DNA from: Amoebidium appalachense
Lineage: Eukaryota; Protista; Ichthyosporea
Assembly: GCA_963693365.1 (NCBI GenBank)
Contig: CAVNZM010000005.1
Location: 12,733,728 to 12,797,727 of the forward strand
Direction: 5' to 3'
DNA length: 64,000 nucleotides
Shown: positions 36,815 through 49,672 of the stretch, in pieces
Layout: the number at the start of each line of letters is the position of its first letter
Position numbering within the stretch: the first letter of the stretch is position 1
Translations under genes and position numbers: made by a program
The notes under the pieces: generated by a model
What the model was told of the DNA's origin: nothing
Seen by the model: the letters and a program-made list of their open reading frames with translations, nothing else
Databases searched by the model: none

Positions 36815-38201
36815 CTGCAGCCACACCGTCAGCACAACATACAGTGTGCGTGCGCGAGTGCGTGCGTGCGTGTGTGTGTGTGTGTGTGTTTGTTCGTGTA
36901 TGTGTGTGTGTGCGTATGTGTATGCGCATGTGTAACCCCTCTCACTCCACCCTTCAGAAAGGTTCACCATTCCCCCCTCCCCCCTCCCTTTCCCCCACTC
37001 AGAAGATGCGTGATCCTTCCCCCCCCCCCCCCCCCCCTCTCCCCCGGGCCCCCCTCAGAAAGGTGCACCATCCTCCTTTCCTCCCCTTTTCTCTTCAAAC
37101 AGGTGCATCCCCCCCCCCCCCCCCCCCCCACCCACCCACCCCACCCCCCTTTCCCTCATCATTCAAAGAGCATACCCCCCCCCCTCCCCGTCCCCTCCCG
37201 CCCTCCTCCCTCCTCCCCCTTGCCCTTTCAATAAAGAAGCACCATCCCCCCCCCCCCCCTCCAACCACCACCATCAGTCAATTCATCTGCCCGTGCAGGG
37301 TAAGGTGTGTGTGTGTTTTTATATCTTGTGGAAGTGGGAACTGCGAAAGGGGGGAGGGGGCTGGTGCAGGCATACCCTGATGAAGGAGGTGAAACTTCGG
37401 TTGACAAAATCGAAGAGGGATGATGATTGGATAATGGGGCCAGATGCTTGCATATGATTGGCCAGGCGATCTGGAATAAAAGGGGTTAGGAAGCACGGCC
37501 AGACCCAGGGGTGTGTGTGTGTGTCACAAGATTGAGAGGACAGGGAGGTTAGGGTATCGTTAGTATATTGCCCACATTTGTGGTTTCAGCTGCATGCCAC
37601 ACACAGCTTGTGGAGGTATGTGTGTGGATCCTACGTGTGATGTGTGTGTGTACCTTTTGTGTGATGTATGTGATCATCTCATGTGTTATGTTTCTGTGTT
37701 GTATTGTGTAGGTGTTTGTGTTTCTATGTTTGCATCGCCCATTATGGTTTGTGCGCTCGTGTGTGCGAGTGTGCATGCCCGTCCGTACTTGTACGATATA
37801 CTTATCGCATAAGATGTACGAGTTATCCATTGTATGCCTGCCTGTGCACATGTTGCTTTTATACCGATGTGCTACGGTGTGTACGTACTTGCGCACATGC
37901 GAGTGAGATAGGAAGTACGTGTGTGTGTGTTTGTGTGTGTGTGAATAGGTGTCTAGGAGCACTAGTGCACACGATGATCCGGCCCACCTGTGTGTGTGTT
38001 CCAGGAGTGCATGTGGCGCTGTGTGGTTGTGGCCACGGCAGTACGGTGCACTGGGCGCCTAAAAATAGCTCCGGCAGCCACATGGGTGTGTGCATGGGTG
38101 AAGGACCCACCGAAGAAACAGGCCTGCTCCAGACAGAGGAGGGTGAGACGGATTTACTCGTAACCACACCTTAATGCATTCGTGTGTGGATGTGTGTGTG
38201 G

Positions 38202-38232
<31 letters not shown>

Positions 38233-38589
38233 GGGGGGGTGTTTTGGGAGGGGGGGGGGGGGGGGGGGGAGAGGGGGGGGGGGGAGGGTTGGAGGGAAGG
38301 GGGAAGGGGGGGGGGGGGGGGGGAGGAAAGGGAAGGGGGGAGAGAGGGGGGCCGGGCGGGAAGGGAAGAAGGAGGAGAGGGAGGGGGGGGGGGGGGGGGA
38401 GGGGGGGGGGGCAGACGGATGGAACATATGGGCACAGCAACAACAGGAGATTGTACTTTCATACGCCAAGAAAATGTAAAAACGAGGTTTGGGCATGTGC
38501 TTGTGTGTATAATGTGAAATGTGTGCAATGAAAATGCTAGTGCATGTGTATCAACTCATTTTGTCTCCGCTTGTTCTTGGGGGATGGGT

Positions 38590-38622
<33 letters not shown>

Positions 38623-38781
38623 GGGGGGGGGGGGGGGGGGGGGGGATGGAGCGGGGGGGAGGGGGGGGGGGGGGGGGGGGGGGGGGGCACCGTAGCAGCT
38701 GGCGACAGTGTTTGGTTCAGGCGGGAAGTCAGCACTCGGTTGAACCAGCCACCAGCCTGTGCCCACCGTCCACCCATGGTG

Positions 38782-38821
<40 letters not shown>

Positions 38822-38845
38822 CGCGCGCACGTGTGAGCGTGCACA

Positions 38846-38883
<38 letters not shown>

Positions 38884-39380
38884 CGTGCATGTATGCGTGT
38901 GTGTGTGTGCGTCTGCGTGTGCTTGTGGGTGTGTGTGAGTGTATGTATGTGCGTGTGCATGTGTGCGCGCCATTGTTAGTGTATGGGTGGCCACAGTGTG
39001 TGTCCGGGAAAAGGGGGAGGATAGCAGTGCAGGTGCGTGTGGTTAGGCGGAAGGCTGCACAGGGAAGAGATATCCCCCATTGGGAGAAAGACGATGAGAA
39101 CACAGTGAGGATCCTTTGCACTTAAGAGTGCCGCGTAGTTCGAAAAATATGTCGATGGAGCGACACCACACTACAGAGCGTGAACTGTAAACCCCAGGGA
39201 CGGCCCCGGGGGGGGGGAGGGGGGGGGGGGGGGGGGGGGGGGTAAAGGCACGCGAAGACGGAGGGGGGAGAAAAAGGGGGTGGGAGGTGGGTGGGTAGGA
39301 CGGATTGGGGTGGGGTGTTGGGGGGGGGGGGGGGGGGTGGAGGGAGGGGGAGGGAGGGGTTTGGGGGGCTTGGGGGGGGG

Positions 39381-39441
39381 ATAGGCAGCAAAAGAGTGGG
39401 TATACGTTACGTCATACATAAAGGATCATTCGAACCTAACA

Positions 39442-39472
<31 letters not shown>

Positions 39473-39535
39473 ATAGGCAGCAAAAGAGTGGGTATACGTT
39501 ACGTCATACATAAAGGATCATTCGAACCTAACAAT
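39381..39535. repeat. 63-bp direct duplication separated by poly-G
   Basis: 39381-39443 equals 39473-39535. Confidence 0.9.
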
Positions 39536-39826
39536 GTTCACCAGTTTCAGTTGGAAGACGGACACACAGACGGAAGCAGATGTAGGGACGTGTCAAAGGG
39601 TACTGGGTTTTCCGCAGAGAGCAACCGGAAGACAGCATGGCGCGCAGGACAGACTTGGACATGCACTGTGATCATACCTATCAACTCGGGTTGTGAAGGA
39701 AGGCAGGTGTCGAGGTTAGACTTAGGTGGCCTGAAAAGTCGAGCAACTGGGAAGGGACCCTGAAAATGTAATAGGCCCTAGCCGGGAAAAATTGGCAATC
39801 GGATAGAAAGAGAGAGAGCAAGAGAG

Positions 39827-39904
<78 letters not shown>

Positions 39905-39921
39905 TGTGTGTGTGTGTGTGA

Positions 39922-39957
<36 letters not shown>

Positions 39958-40317
39958 GGGAGAGGAGGGAGGGAGAGAGGGAAGAGAGAGAGAGAGGGAG
40001 GGAGGGAGGGAAGGAGGGAGGGAGGAAGGCGGGTGAGGGGGGAGGGAGAGAGGGAGGGAGGGAGGGAGGGAGGGAGACAGAAAGAGAGAGGGGGAGAGAG
40101 AGAGAGAGGGAGAGAGAGAAGGGGAGGAGGGGGGGGGGGGGGATGGTAGAGGGGAGGAGGGATCGGCAGGGGGAGGGAAAAGGGGGGAGGGGGGGGGGGG
40201 TGAAAGGAAGGGAAGGAGGGGGATGAGGGAGGGGAGAGGGAGGAGGGGCAGGGGAGTAGTTAGGGATTCTGGGTGCGGGGGAGGGGGAGGGGGGGAAGGA
40301 GAGGGGGGGGGGGGGGG

Positions 40318-40357
<40 letters not shown>

Positions 40358-41003
40358 AAGCTCGGAGGAGGGGGGGGGGGGGGGGGGGAGGGAGAGAGAG
40401 ACGATGTGGTGGGGGAGGGGGGGAGGGGGAGGGGGGGGGGGGGGAGAAGACGCAGAGGGAGGGAGAGCAAAGCTAGACTCTGGGCAAAAGAGCCTTGGAG
40501 AGCGCGAGAGCGAGTGGTTTTCAGAGGTACGTATCTGAGTGTCGGAACAGAGTCGACTGCCATGCACTGGGCACATGCAGGCCCGGCACACTGCCGCACA
40601 CAGTGTGGCACACCGTGACCGTGATCACAAAAAAATTCATAAATTCAGCCATTGGCCGAAGGCGGACCAACTTTCGCGATCGCGCCAAAACCCCTCGGCG
40701 GAGGCTGAGTCGGAGGCTCGGAGCTCGAGGGTGTTACTAAAAACAGGAAACCAAGGTTTGGGTTCAAGACGTTTCGAGGTTTAGAGACGCTGTGCCGGTC
40801 CTAAAGTCGACCACTTGGCGTGCTCAGCATGCAGCTGTGCCCACCGTAGAGGTATCATGATACCACCAGAGAGCGTGTCTTATGTTCAAATAATGGCACT
40901 GCACGATTCTATGCAAGTTGGTGCACGATATGTTGGTTTTATATTTGATCATGATTGGAAAACTCCTTACGATTCTGTCTCCCCTGATCTCCTATCCGGG
41001 AAA

Positions 41004-41148
41004 GGGTGTCTACGATGGCGCTCATTGTTGCCTAGCATGTACATATGTCACTGGCTGCATTTGATTGGCTGCGCTGGAAAACGCAGTAGGCCGTCGAATG
41101 TGGCTGGGCCTCCGGCAGTGTCCACGCAATAAAAAGTGTGTAAACCCC
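41004..41148 (+). mobile_element. Family B retroelement, isolated 3' terminus (145 bp)
   Basis: Near-perfect inverted copy of 41171-41322; ends GTGTAAACCCC; AAA on both sides. Confidence 0.75.
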
Positions 41149-41168
41149 AAAGCTTGCTGCACGCGGGT

Positions 41169-42296
41169 GGGGGGTTTACACACTTTTTATTGCGTGGACA
41201 CTGCCGGAGGCCCAGCCACATCGGACGGCCTACTGCGTTTTCCAGCGCAGCCAATCAAATGCAGCCAGTGGCATATGTACATGCTAGGCAACAATGAGCG
41301 CCATCGTAGTATCTGACACCCCTATTACATATTATGGGTAAGCAGAGGCTAGCATCGGTAGCTCCGAAAGAAAGTTAAGGCACCGGATCACAATATTATA
41401 CTGTGCAGCATTAATAAGGTGATCTAGGATAGTCATCTTAAAACGGATATATTGAGGAAGAGAGGAAGAAAAGAGAATAAAACCGCCAATAATTCCTCCG
41501 GTTCTAATACGTTAGCTAACAGGTTGCACTTATTGATAGATATGCAGCCGCGAGTAAACCGCCCCCCACACATATTACACATACGAGCAGGAGACACCAG
41601 AAACCGATTACACCGCCAATCCATAACCATCTTTGCGTTTTTACACCACACCACATTACGAATAAACGAATCTATGTATGAACGAGACTCTCTAACCGTA
41701 TCCGCCATATAGGCTACTAGTAGTTGGTGTTTTTGCGGTCCTAACACCGGAAGGGACTCAACACGTAGAGTAAAAAGATATCTATCAGCCATAGACTTGA
41801 AACTATTCATATTCACACTATGATCTAGCCGTACCTCCGGTGGGGTCGCCAGCCATTCCACATAACGCTCGGCAATGGGCAGAGACGATGGGGAAGGGAA
41901 ACAGAAGAGGTAGAGGGGCGAGTCCGACGGGGATGCGTGTAGCCGGAAGAGCGAGTGGCCCGGGGCACAAGCGGACAGGCGGGTGATGTGCTCGTGAAAT
42001 TTAAGGGCTAATTCGTGTACGCGTTGTGATGGTTGTGTGAGTGCGTAGAGAGAATCAAAAAGGCGTCTAGGGATTCAATGTGTGGAAAGACCAGTGAGAA
42101 ACGTTGTACAACAAGTTGTGTAGTGGAAATCATCTATTGATTTGAGGACATTAGTAACAGTATCAGGGGGTGCCATAGCTAGTAAGGGCAACCCGTATTC
42201 AGACAAAGGGCGAATATATGTGCGAAATATACTAAGACGATTGTATAGGTGGGGTGGACAGTATGAGAAAGAGTAGCTGTACATGTACCACCGTGA
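41169..42296 (-). mobile_element. LINE-type retroelement family B, 5'-truncated
   Basis: RLSIFRTYIRPLSEYGLPLL and WRCNRF...CNMCGGRFTRGC parallel the family A tail; 3' end AATAAAAAGTGTGTAAACCCC. Confidence 0.85.
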
Positions 42297-42642
42297 CACT
42301 GCTATTGGTGTTTTGTTAGAAGCATTCTTGTCTTATACCTATGGTAGAGCTGTGGTTAAGGGTCATCTTTCATATGGTTTTTCTCGTACTAGAGGTCTCT
42401 TGCAGGGTTAATTGCTTAGCCCCTTTTTATTTAACCTATTTATAGATGATTTGGCTGTCAAGATTCAGTATGCAGAAAATGATGACCCCATCAGTAACTT
42501 TCCGCCTGTACTTCTCTATGCTGATGATCTGTCCCTCCTTGCTCGTACGGTCCTAGATGCCTGCAAAGATTGTTCGATATCTCCCTGGGAGGAAAATCGA
42601 TCGCGGCTAGAAGCGGTGTTTTTCCGTCTTCTAGACTTTTTT

Positions 42643-43120
42643 GGGGGGGTTTATGCACTTTGTATTGCTGCGGACATCTTCAGGGGTCCAGCAGGCTCAC
42701 TTGACGGCCTGCTGCGTTTTCCAGCGCAGCCAATCAAATGCAGCTAGTGACTTATGTACACCGTATGCAATAAAACAACCCTAGTATAGATTATGAATAA
42801 GCAGAAGCTAGCATTGGTAGCTCCGAGAGAAAGTTAAGACACCGTATCACAATATCATAGTTACTGTGCAGCATTAATAAGGTGATCTACTAGTGACACG
42901 GTCATTTTATAACGGATATACTGGGGGAGAGAAGTAGAAAAGAGAATAAAGCCGCCCATAACCTCCGGTTCCGCACATTAGCTAACAGGTCACACTTATT
43001 GATAGATATGTATCCGCGAGTAAACCGCCCCCCACACATATTACACATACGAGCAGGAGACACCAAAAACCGATTACAACGCCAAGACATAATCATCTTT
43101 GCATATTTATACGACACAAG
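42643..43120 (-). mobile_element. Second, diverged family B 3' fragment
   Basis: Homologous to 41169-41650; ends CATAAACCCCCCC on the minus strand. Confidence 0.8.
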
Positions 43121-43127
43121 ACTGAAT

Positions 43128-43316
43128 GGGGGTTTACGCTGTTTACTCGAGGCAAAGAGAGACCAGTCTCAGGTATGGGGGGGTTTTGCTCGGAATATCC
43201 CCTAGCGGTATATCATGATGACGTACATAGATGTCGGGTGATGACTATATATCAGGGTTTACTTTCTCTACGAGACACCATAAAGACTAAGAAAAATCAA
43301 TTAGTTGGGGTTCCCC

Positions 43317-43382
<66 letters not shown>

Positions 43383-43449
43383 CTCCCCTGAGACACTCGG
43401 TATCAGCTGGTTGTGTGTGTGTGTGTGTGTGTGTGTGAGTGAGTGAGTG

Positions 43450-43532
<83 letters not shown>

Positions 43533-45520
43533 CGCTAGAATTTTGTAGTGATGTGTTTCTCAAGCCAATCAACTTGACATCTAATAAACAGGTCGTAGCC
43601 TTGCGCGTGTTTAATTTAGTATAAATTCAAGGATGTTGCAATTTACAGGTAGGCTATCTTTCTGGGTGTCTGTTGTGAATGTGACGTGTGTGTGTACACA
43701 TGTTGCGGTATGATGTGGTCTATCAAACTACATTTGGCGATACGTGACCGTTTAAACTGGTGTGTGTGTGTGTTGTTTGGGCATGCAAATGATTCCACCT
43801 TATACTTATTAGATCTCCACTGTATAGCACGTGTACAGTAAAAGCGTGGTAATTGATCAATAATACCATCAGCTAGAGAAAGACCAGTAACTGTTCTACA
43901 GGAAGGTAATATGTATTTAGGTGTTACTACATTTGCGAGTGCCATATTTGGCAATATGGTTGAGGCGGTCATTTTATATAAAACGAGACATAAGGCTTGG
44001 TTTTTCAAGGTGTCTGCTTTCATCGGGTCTAGTGTCGTGTGGTATATACCTTTTTCCATTTGTTATATTGCGTGATTATCTTGTGATTGTGTACATGTTT
44101 AATAAGTAAGTGGCAGTCCAAAGTCACACGCACACTTTTGCGGGGTTTATTTGTATTGGTGCCCGGGGGAGAAGGAGAGAGAGAGGGAAGGAAAGAGGGG
44201 AGAGGTGAGGAGGGGACAGGTCGGATAGAGAAGAGAGGGTGGGAGGGCAAATACTTCTTTAAGCGGCTTATGTGCTTATTGAATTTCAGCGCGAGATGGG
44301 ATACTCTAGCAGCTATTGGGACCAGACCATATATCGCGAGTGCTACAGGCCCAGGTTTACAACAGTTGTTTGATAGAAAGGAGGCAACAGTTACTTCTGC
44401 TTCCAAGGAAATTTGCCAAGAGTTTAAGCGCTCTAGTTCTCTCTTTCTTGATCCAAGCAGCGAGAAGGGGTAAACCATATTCACATGCCGGGAAGACAAA
44501 AGTGCGAATAAATGTAAGTCTAATAGAAGGATGGAGGGGTGTGTCTTTAAAAATATTAGCCGAGAAGAAAGCTAACCGCTTACGAGCCAATTTTACCCAT
44601 ATGGGAAAACATAACACCAACAGAATTAACCGGAACACCAAGATATTTGTATTCTGGAACTATAGGTACCGTAGTTTAGATGAATGATGTAAATGTGTGT
44701 AAATTGGTAGCTATATCAGGTACAAGAACACCACATTTGTCTGTCAGTCTATGTTAAGGATCATAAGGTTTGCCTTGCACCACTCTGACACTACATCGAA
44801 CAATCTTTGCAGGCATCTAGGGGTACGGGCAAGGAGGGACAGATCATCAGCATAGAGAAGTGCAGGCGGAAAGTTATTAATTAGGGTCATCATTTTCGGC
44901 ATAAATCTTGACAGCCATCTCATCTATAAATAGGTTAGTAAACAAAAAGGGGCTAAGCAATGAACCCTGCAAGAGACCTCTAGTACATGAAAGATGCCCA
45001 TTAACCACAGCTCTACCATAGGTTTGAGACAAGAGTGCTTCTAACAGAACACCAATGCAGTGAGCTTTTCCCATAGGAGACCAGGGGAGACAGAATCGTA
45101 AGCAGTTTTCCAATCAATAAAGCCAACACATTGTGCACCAACTTGCATAGAATCGTGCAGTGCCATTATTTGAACACAACATGAATTGTCCTCACGAAAA
45201 GCGGATTGGCATGGGTGTATGTGAAGAATAGATTGAAACCTAGGGTGATGTGCAAATAACCTAAGTAAGCAAGCTTCAAAGAATCTACGAACAACCTGGG
45301 TTAGTGTGATGGGGCGAAAAGATGATATGGGGCCCTCAGAGTCCTTCTTAACTATGGGGATCACTAAGGTATCTAACCAAGATGACGGGAATGTCCACAT
45401 TTAACACACCAAGAAAAGAGAGAGCTAACATAATAGTAAGATCAGGTTTAATAGCACGATCACTTTCCTTTTGTGGGTACGAGGGAACAAGGATTTTAAG
45501 GAGGGAACAAGGATTTTAAG
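43128..45520 (-). mobile_element. Family A retroelement, longest copy, frameshifted RT
   Basis: FPSSW...IPIVKK, FRPITLTQVVRRFFE, QSAFR, FIDWKTAYDSV, GLLQGSLLSPFLF, YADD; full 3' tail ending GTAAACCCC; 20-bp tandem duplication at the truncation point (45481-45520). Confidence 0.92.
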
Positions 45521-45534
45521 ACTTAATCCTCTAA

Positions 45535-46102
45535 GGGCCTGTTTGGCAACCCGGGTTTAGGGTCCTAAATCCGGATTACGGGCGATTTTGGGTTTAGCGC
45601 TAAATCCAAATCTCAAAATCCAGCCGCTGCCTAACAGACGGCCAGATCCGGTCACGTAAATCTGGGTTTCAAACCCCTCGGACATGGCCGTAATCTGGAT
45701 TCCACTAATCCACCTCGGGAGGTGGATTAGCGCGAAATCCTTTCAGGTCCTGAATGTCCGACCCAATGAATGTTCATTTTATGGAACTATATATGGTGTC
45801 CTTTTGCACCAATCGTCGATAGTTTGAAGTGGCCAAAAAAGGATTGTTGAAGGGCGCCAATTTCTTTCTTTTTTTTGTTATGGTGTGGGCGGGGGGATAG
45901 TGCAAGAAACATCTTTTACGTGTAGAAGTGAGTATGATGTAGTGATCACCGTTTGAAATCATTGTTTTAGTGTTCGGCCTCGCCGCCTGGTGCAGCATTA
46001 GTAGGAATACAAAAGTACTCAGAATGACCTTTGCAACATCATGTGCAGAAAGGTGTGTGTGTGTGCAGTTTTTTTCTTTTCTTTTACCTACTATCTTTCT
46101 TT

Positions 46103-46138
<36 letters not shown>

Positions 46139-47140
46139 GGGGACGGGACGGACACATGTCACTGCACGATTCAGTGCTCATTTACTATTCACCAGGCACC
46201 CTGTGCCCTGCTCGTGTAGTCAACCCACATAGCTGCAGCAATTTGATCTCTTCTGGCATCTGCCTCTGCCTCGTCTTCTTGTTGGTTTTGGTTGCCCCTG
46301 CCTAACACAGAATTAAAAAACATCAAGGCCTTTACTAAGTAGTACATCAAGCATACAGTCTTATAAATCATCCCCCTACCCACCCCCTCCTTTCCCCTGG
46401 TTCCCCACACACACCAACAACGCTGCCGCCGCTCAGAGGCACACTCCATCCCAACTCGAGCAATATCAGTCACACCACAAAAACCACATCAAAAAAACGT
46501 GCAGACGCACACTCCAACCCATCTTGACCCGTTGCCCACCACAAAACCAGAGAACAAAATAAAAACAAAAATAACTGAAAAACTGGTAGAGGAAGAGAAA
46601 CAAAACCAAATGCAACCAAAGACTTACCACGTGTAGGCAAGTTGTGCTGCTCTTCGTCTGAGTAGTGGCCATGCTCCTCCGCGTTGTGCTTTTTTATAAA
46701 GTTCATAAGTAGAAAGCACACAAGAATGATCTTCGAGAGCATCTTAGGACAGTAGTTGGTGGCTTTCTGGAGTATCTGAAAGCGGTTTTTCAGCATACCA
46801 TAGAACCGCTCAATGACCACCCGCGCCTTGGCATGCCTCAGGTTGAATAACTCCTTCGCATTCTGAGGACTAGAACACGACACATGAATAGACAACACCA
46901 GACACTTCAACATCAATATGACAGTGTGTGTGTGCGCGTGGCTGTTTGTGTGTGTGCATGTTCGTTTAGTGTGTGCACGCGGGCATGACCCGTGCGGGCA
47001 CACGCGGACGCATGTGTGTGTGCGTATTTGTACACGTGAGTCTGTGTAGGTGTTTGTGCATGCGCGCACGACCTTCAGGTTGGATGTGTAAACTATCTAT
47101 CTCTCTTTTTCTCTCCCTATCCACTCTCTCTGTGCATGTG

Positions 47141-47212
<72 letters not shown>

Positions 47213-47320
47213 TGTGTGTGTGCAGAACAAAAGGAAACAGGAAAAGCACACTTTTTTACAGATGTAGGGAGGGAGTGATGGGTCGAGGGGCCTTCTTTTT
47301 TTGGGGGAGGGGGGAGGGGG

Positions 47321-47355
<35 letters not shown>

Positions 47356-48694
47356 CTAAATACGCCATTGCTCCCGTCCCGTACTCCTTCAGATGATAGC
47401 GGACTCCTCTGTAGGGTGCCAAAATTTCGTTTGTGTTCGGGTAGCCCTGGTCACCCAGGTAAACTTTCCCCGTCGGCACACGTAAATTTTGTGGAGGGGG
47501 CTGCTCGAGGGCACAGTTCAACACTGTGCTGTCTGCACCACATCCCTCCCCACCGGGCAAACAATATGTGGAATATGCTTCCCAGTCGCATGCACCCAAT
47601 ACATTTTGTGCTGTGAAATCTTTCCTGCACCGATACCGATCAGCAGCCTCCGGTTTGACCTTGCACGGAACAAGAGTGCCATCAACTGCCCCGAGAAAAA
47701 TACGGAAGTAAGGCCAAAACTCAGGGTTTTCACGCACCCAACTAGGCACCATATATGACTCATCGGGTTGAATCATGTATTCTTCCCCGAGAGCAGCAAG
47801 CGTGGCATCGATGCCTTCTCGAAAACGCCTGCAGCACACAATGATGTCTGATTATTTTCCACATTCCTACATATAAGCTTCATTGAAAACAACAGCAAAA
47901 CCTTGAGACAGTGCACGCACACGTGCACCCTGGACAGTGGAACACAACCCACTGATTCGGAGCATTGTTGTTTAACAAGCACAGACAAATGCTGCAAACA
48001 CACAGCCAATAACATAATTCAACAGGGCAGGAGTCATAGCACTACATACCGGCTCACGGTCTCGGTGCTGTGTTGGAAACGTTCGGCAACGTTCCTGACT
48101 GCAACACCCTGCCCAAGGGTATACAGCATCATGCAGGTAACTTCCTGAGCGTCCATGTTATCACTCTCTTCAATGAATGGAGCCAACTTCTCAATTAACT
48201 CCCTTGCAACATATGGACTCACGCGTAGGACATCGTTCACCCTTGTCTCGTGAGCTGTGCCAAGCAGTTCTTGCACATACTCTCTACCACTGAGCGGGGA
48301 AGTACGACAGGGCTCTTTGAGCTCTGGGCTATAGGTCAAGGCTGCAATCGCAGCCAAAACGGCTATGTTCCGGGCTGCATACATGGTGAGTGTCTCAAAT
48401 AAAACCGTATACAACTCAGCACTTTCGTGGTTTATTACTGCTTATCACTATGGTGTATATGTGTAGCGGGTCTGCAATTGCAAGTCACCGACCGGTGATG
48501 AACAGCGTGACAGCTGCAGAGCAAATCTAACCCGAAATCGTACGTGGGCTGTTTGGCATCCATGGGTTATCTACCCTGCTTAACCCAGGTTTCGGCTGAG
48601 ATCCGGATTCTGCAGCATAATCTGGATCTCGATTTTGATATCCAGATATCCCCCGAAATCCAGATTACACTAACCCGCGTTGCCAAACAGGCCC
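45535..48694 (-). mobile_element. PIF/Harbinger DNA transposon, 3160 bp
   Basis: TIR GGGCCTGTTTGGCAAC (16 bp perfect, 22/23 extended), TAA TSD at 45532-45534 and 48695-48697, subterminal AATCYGGAT motifs. Confidence 0.96.
46189..48384 (-). CDS. PIF/Harbinger (HARBI1/ALP1-like) DDE transposase, 4 exons, 384 aa
   Basis: Exons 48384-48050, 47828-47364, 46869-46628, 46301-46189 with GT-AG introns, in frame (1155 nt); ERFQHSTETVSR, GAVDGT, YLGDQGY, FNLRHAKARVVIERFYGMLKNRF, RDQIAAAMW. Confidence 0.93.
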
Positions 48695-48697
48695 TAA

Positions 48698-49672
48698 TAC
48701 GATCGATCGATTCCGCCGCGCCGCTGGCAGTGGCCCCGCCCAGCGCTTTTGGCCGAGGACTTTTCTGCCAACTTTGCTTGCGCTTTGCACCATTTCTCCT
48801 TACTTTTTTCCAAACAAAAAAAAGCCTTAGTTATGCACAATAACCTTGTTTCATGTCATCCTGGCCCCTACACTTTCGGATGTTGGTGATGAGTGTGGAA
48901 TGTGGCTTCGAGAAGTCTTTTTTTTTCGCTCCCTCCTTTGCTCCACTCTCCAGCCCCCCAGGCTGCTTTTCCGCTCTGGAGGTATTCTAAAGCACCATAA
49001 ACGCTGCCCACTTGACACAGAGAAGTTTTTGTTGGAGGTTCTATAGCGTAGAAACACACATTGACCGTGTGTCATGCACAGAAACGCTGTTTGTAAGGTC
49101 ATCTGCTCCTCACTCAAATCTGCCACAGTAGCCCACTATGGTCTGCACCTGAGCGAGCAGATGTTGTTTAAAGACGAGCTCAGCCAACCACTACGTGTGT
49201 TAGACCTGCGTAAGGTAACAGTAGTCCCACAATTGCTGTTGTGTCATTTCAGGTTGCGAAGTTTATGGCGCTGAGCGGTTACCAGACCTAGACCTGGCTT
49301 ATCGTTTCTGCTGGCTTATCGTTTCTGCTGTCCCCTTATTACTTGTTCACATACCAAGCTAGTATGGTGTGCAATGAATAACAAAAGACTTTTGGTGTCA
49401 AACCCGTGCCATATACTTGAATAGAAGCAAGCACGAAAGGTTCTGGCAACAGCGCTCAAGTTCGAACAGCTGCAGTGAAGCGAGGAATGCACAGTTGCAG
49501 TTCGACGCACTCCAGCCGCGCCGGCCACAGCGGGAAGTATGATAAAATCGATCGATCTGATTGAGTGCCAAATTCTGTCTAGAAGCGGTGTTTTGCCGCC
49601 TTCTAGATATCACGACCAAGCCACTTTTAAGCAGCTCTAAAACCGCTTTTTCATTAGTAAACCGCGCTTCGC
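48698..49672. mobile_element. Probable non-autonomous element with imperfect inverted repeats; the PIF target site lies in its left end
   Basis: GATCGATCGATT..CCGCTG..TGGCC near 48701 is inverted at about 49523-49557; its right part (CTAGAAGCGGTGTTTT..CC..CTTCTAGA) recurs at about 42592-42636. Confidence 0.4.

Larger units (their letters stand above)
40880..42578 (+). pseudogene. Family A reverse-transcriptase fragment in three pieces (40880-41003, about 41149-41168, 42297-42578), split by two family B insertions
   Basis: Joined pieces read QIMALHD...DWKTPYDSVSPDLL / EKLAARG / TAIGVLLEAF...GLLQG.LLSPFLFNLFIDD...LLYADD. Confidence 0.8.

Noticed and set aside
41004-41322. Palindrome as a stand-alone MITE
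   Set aside because: The right arm is the 3' UTR of a family B retroelement and the loop is interrupted family A RT sequence.
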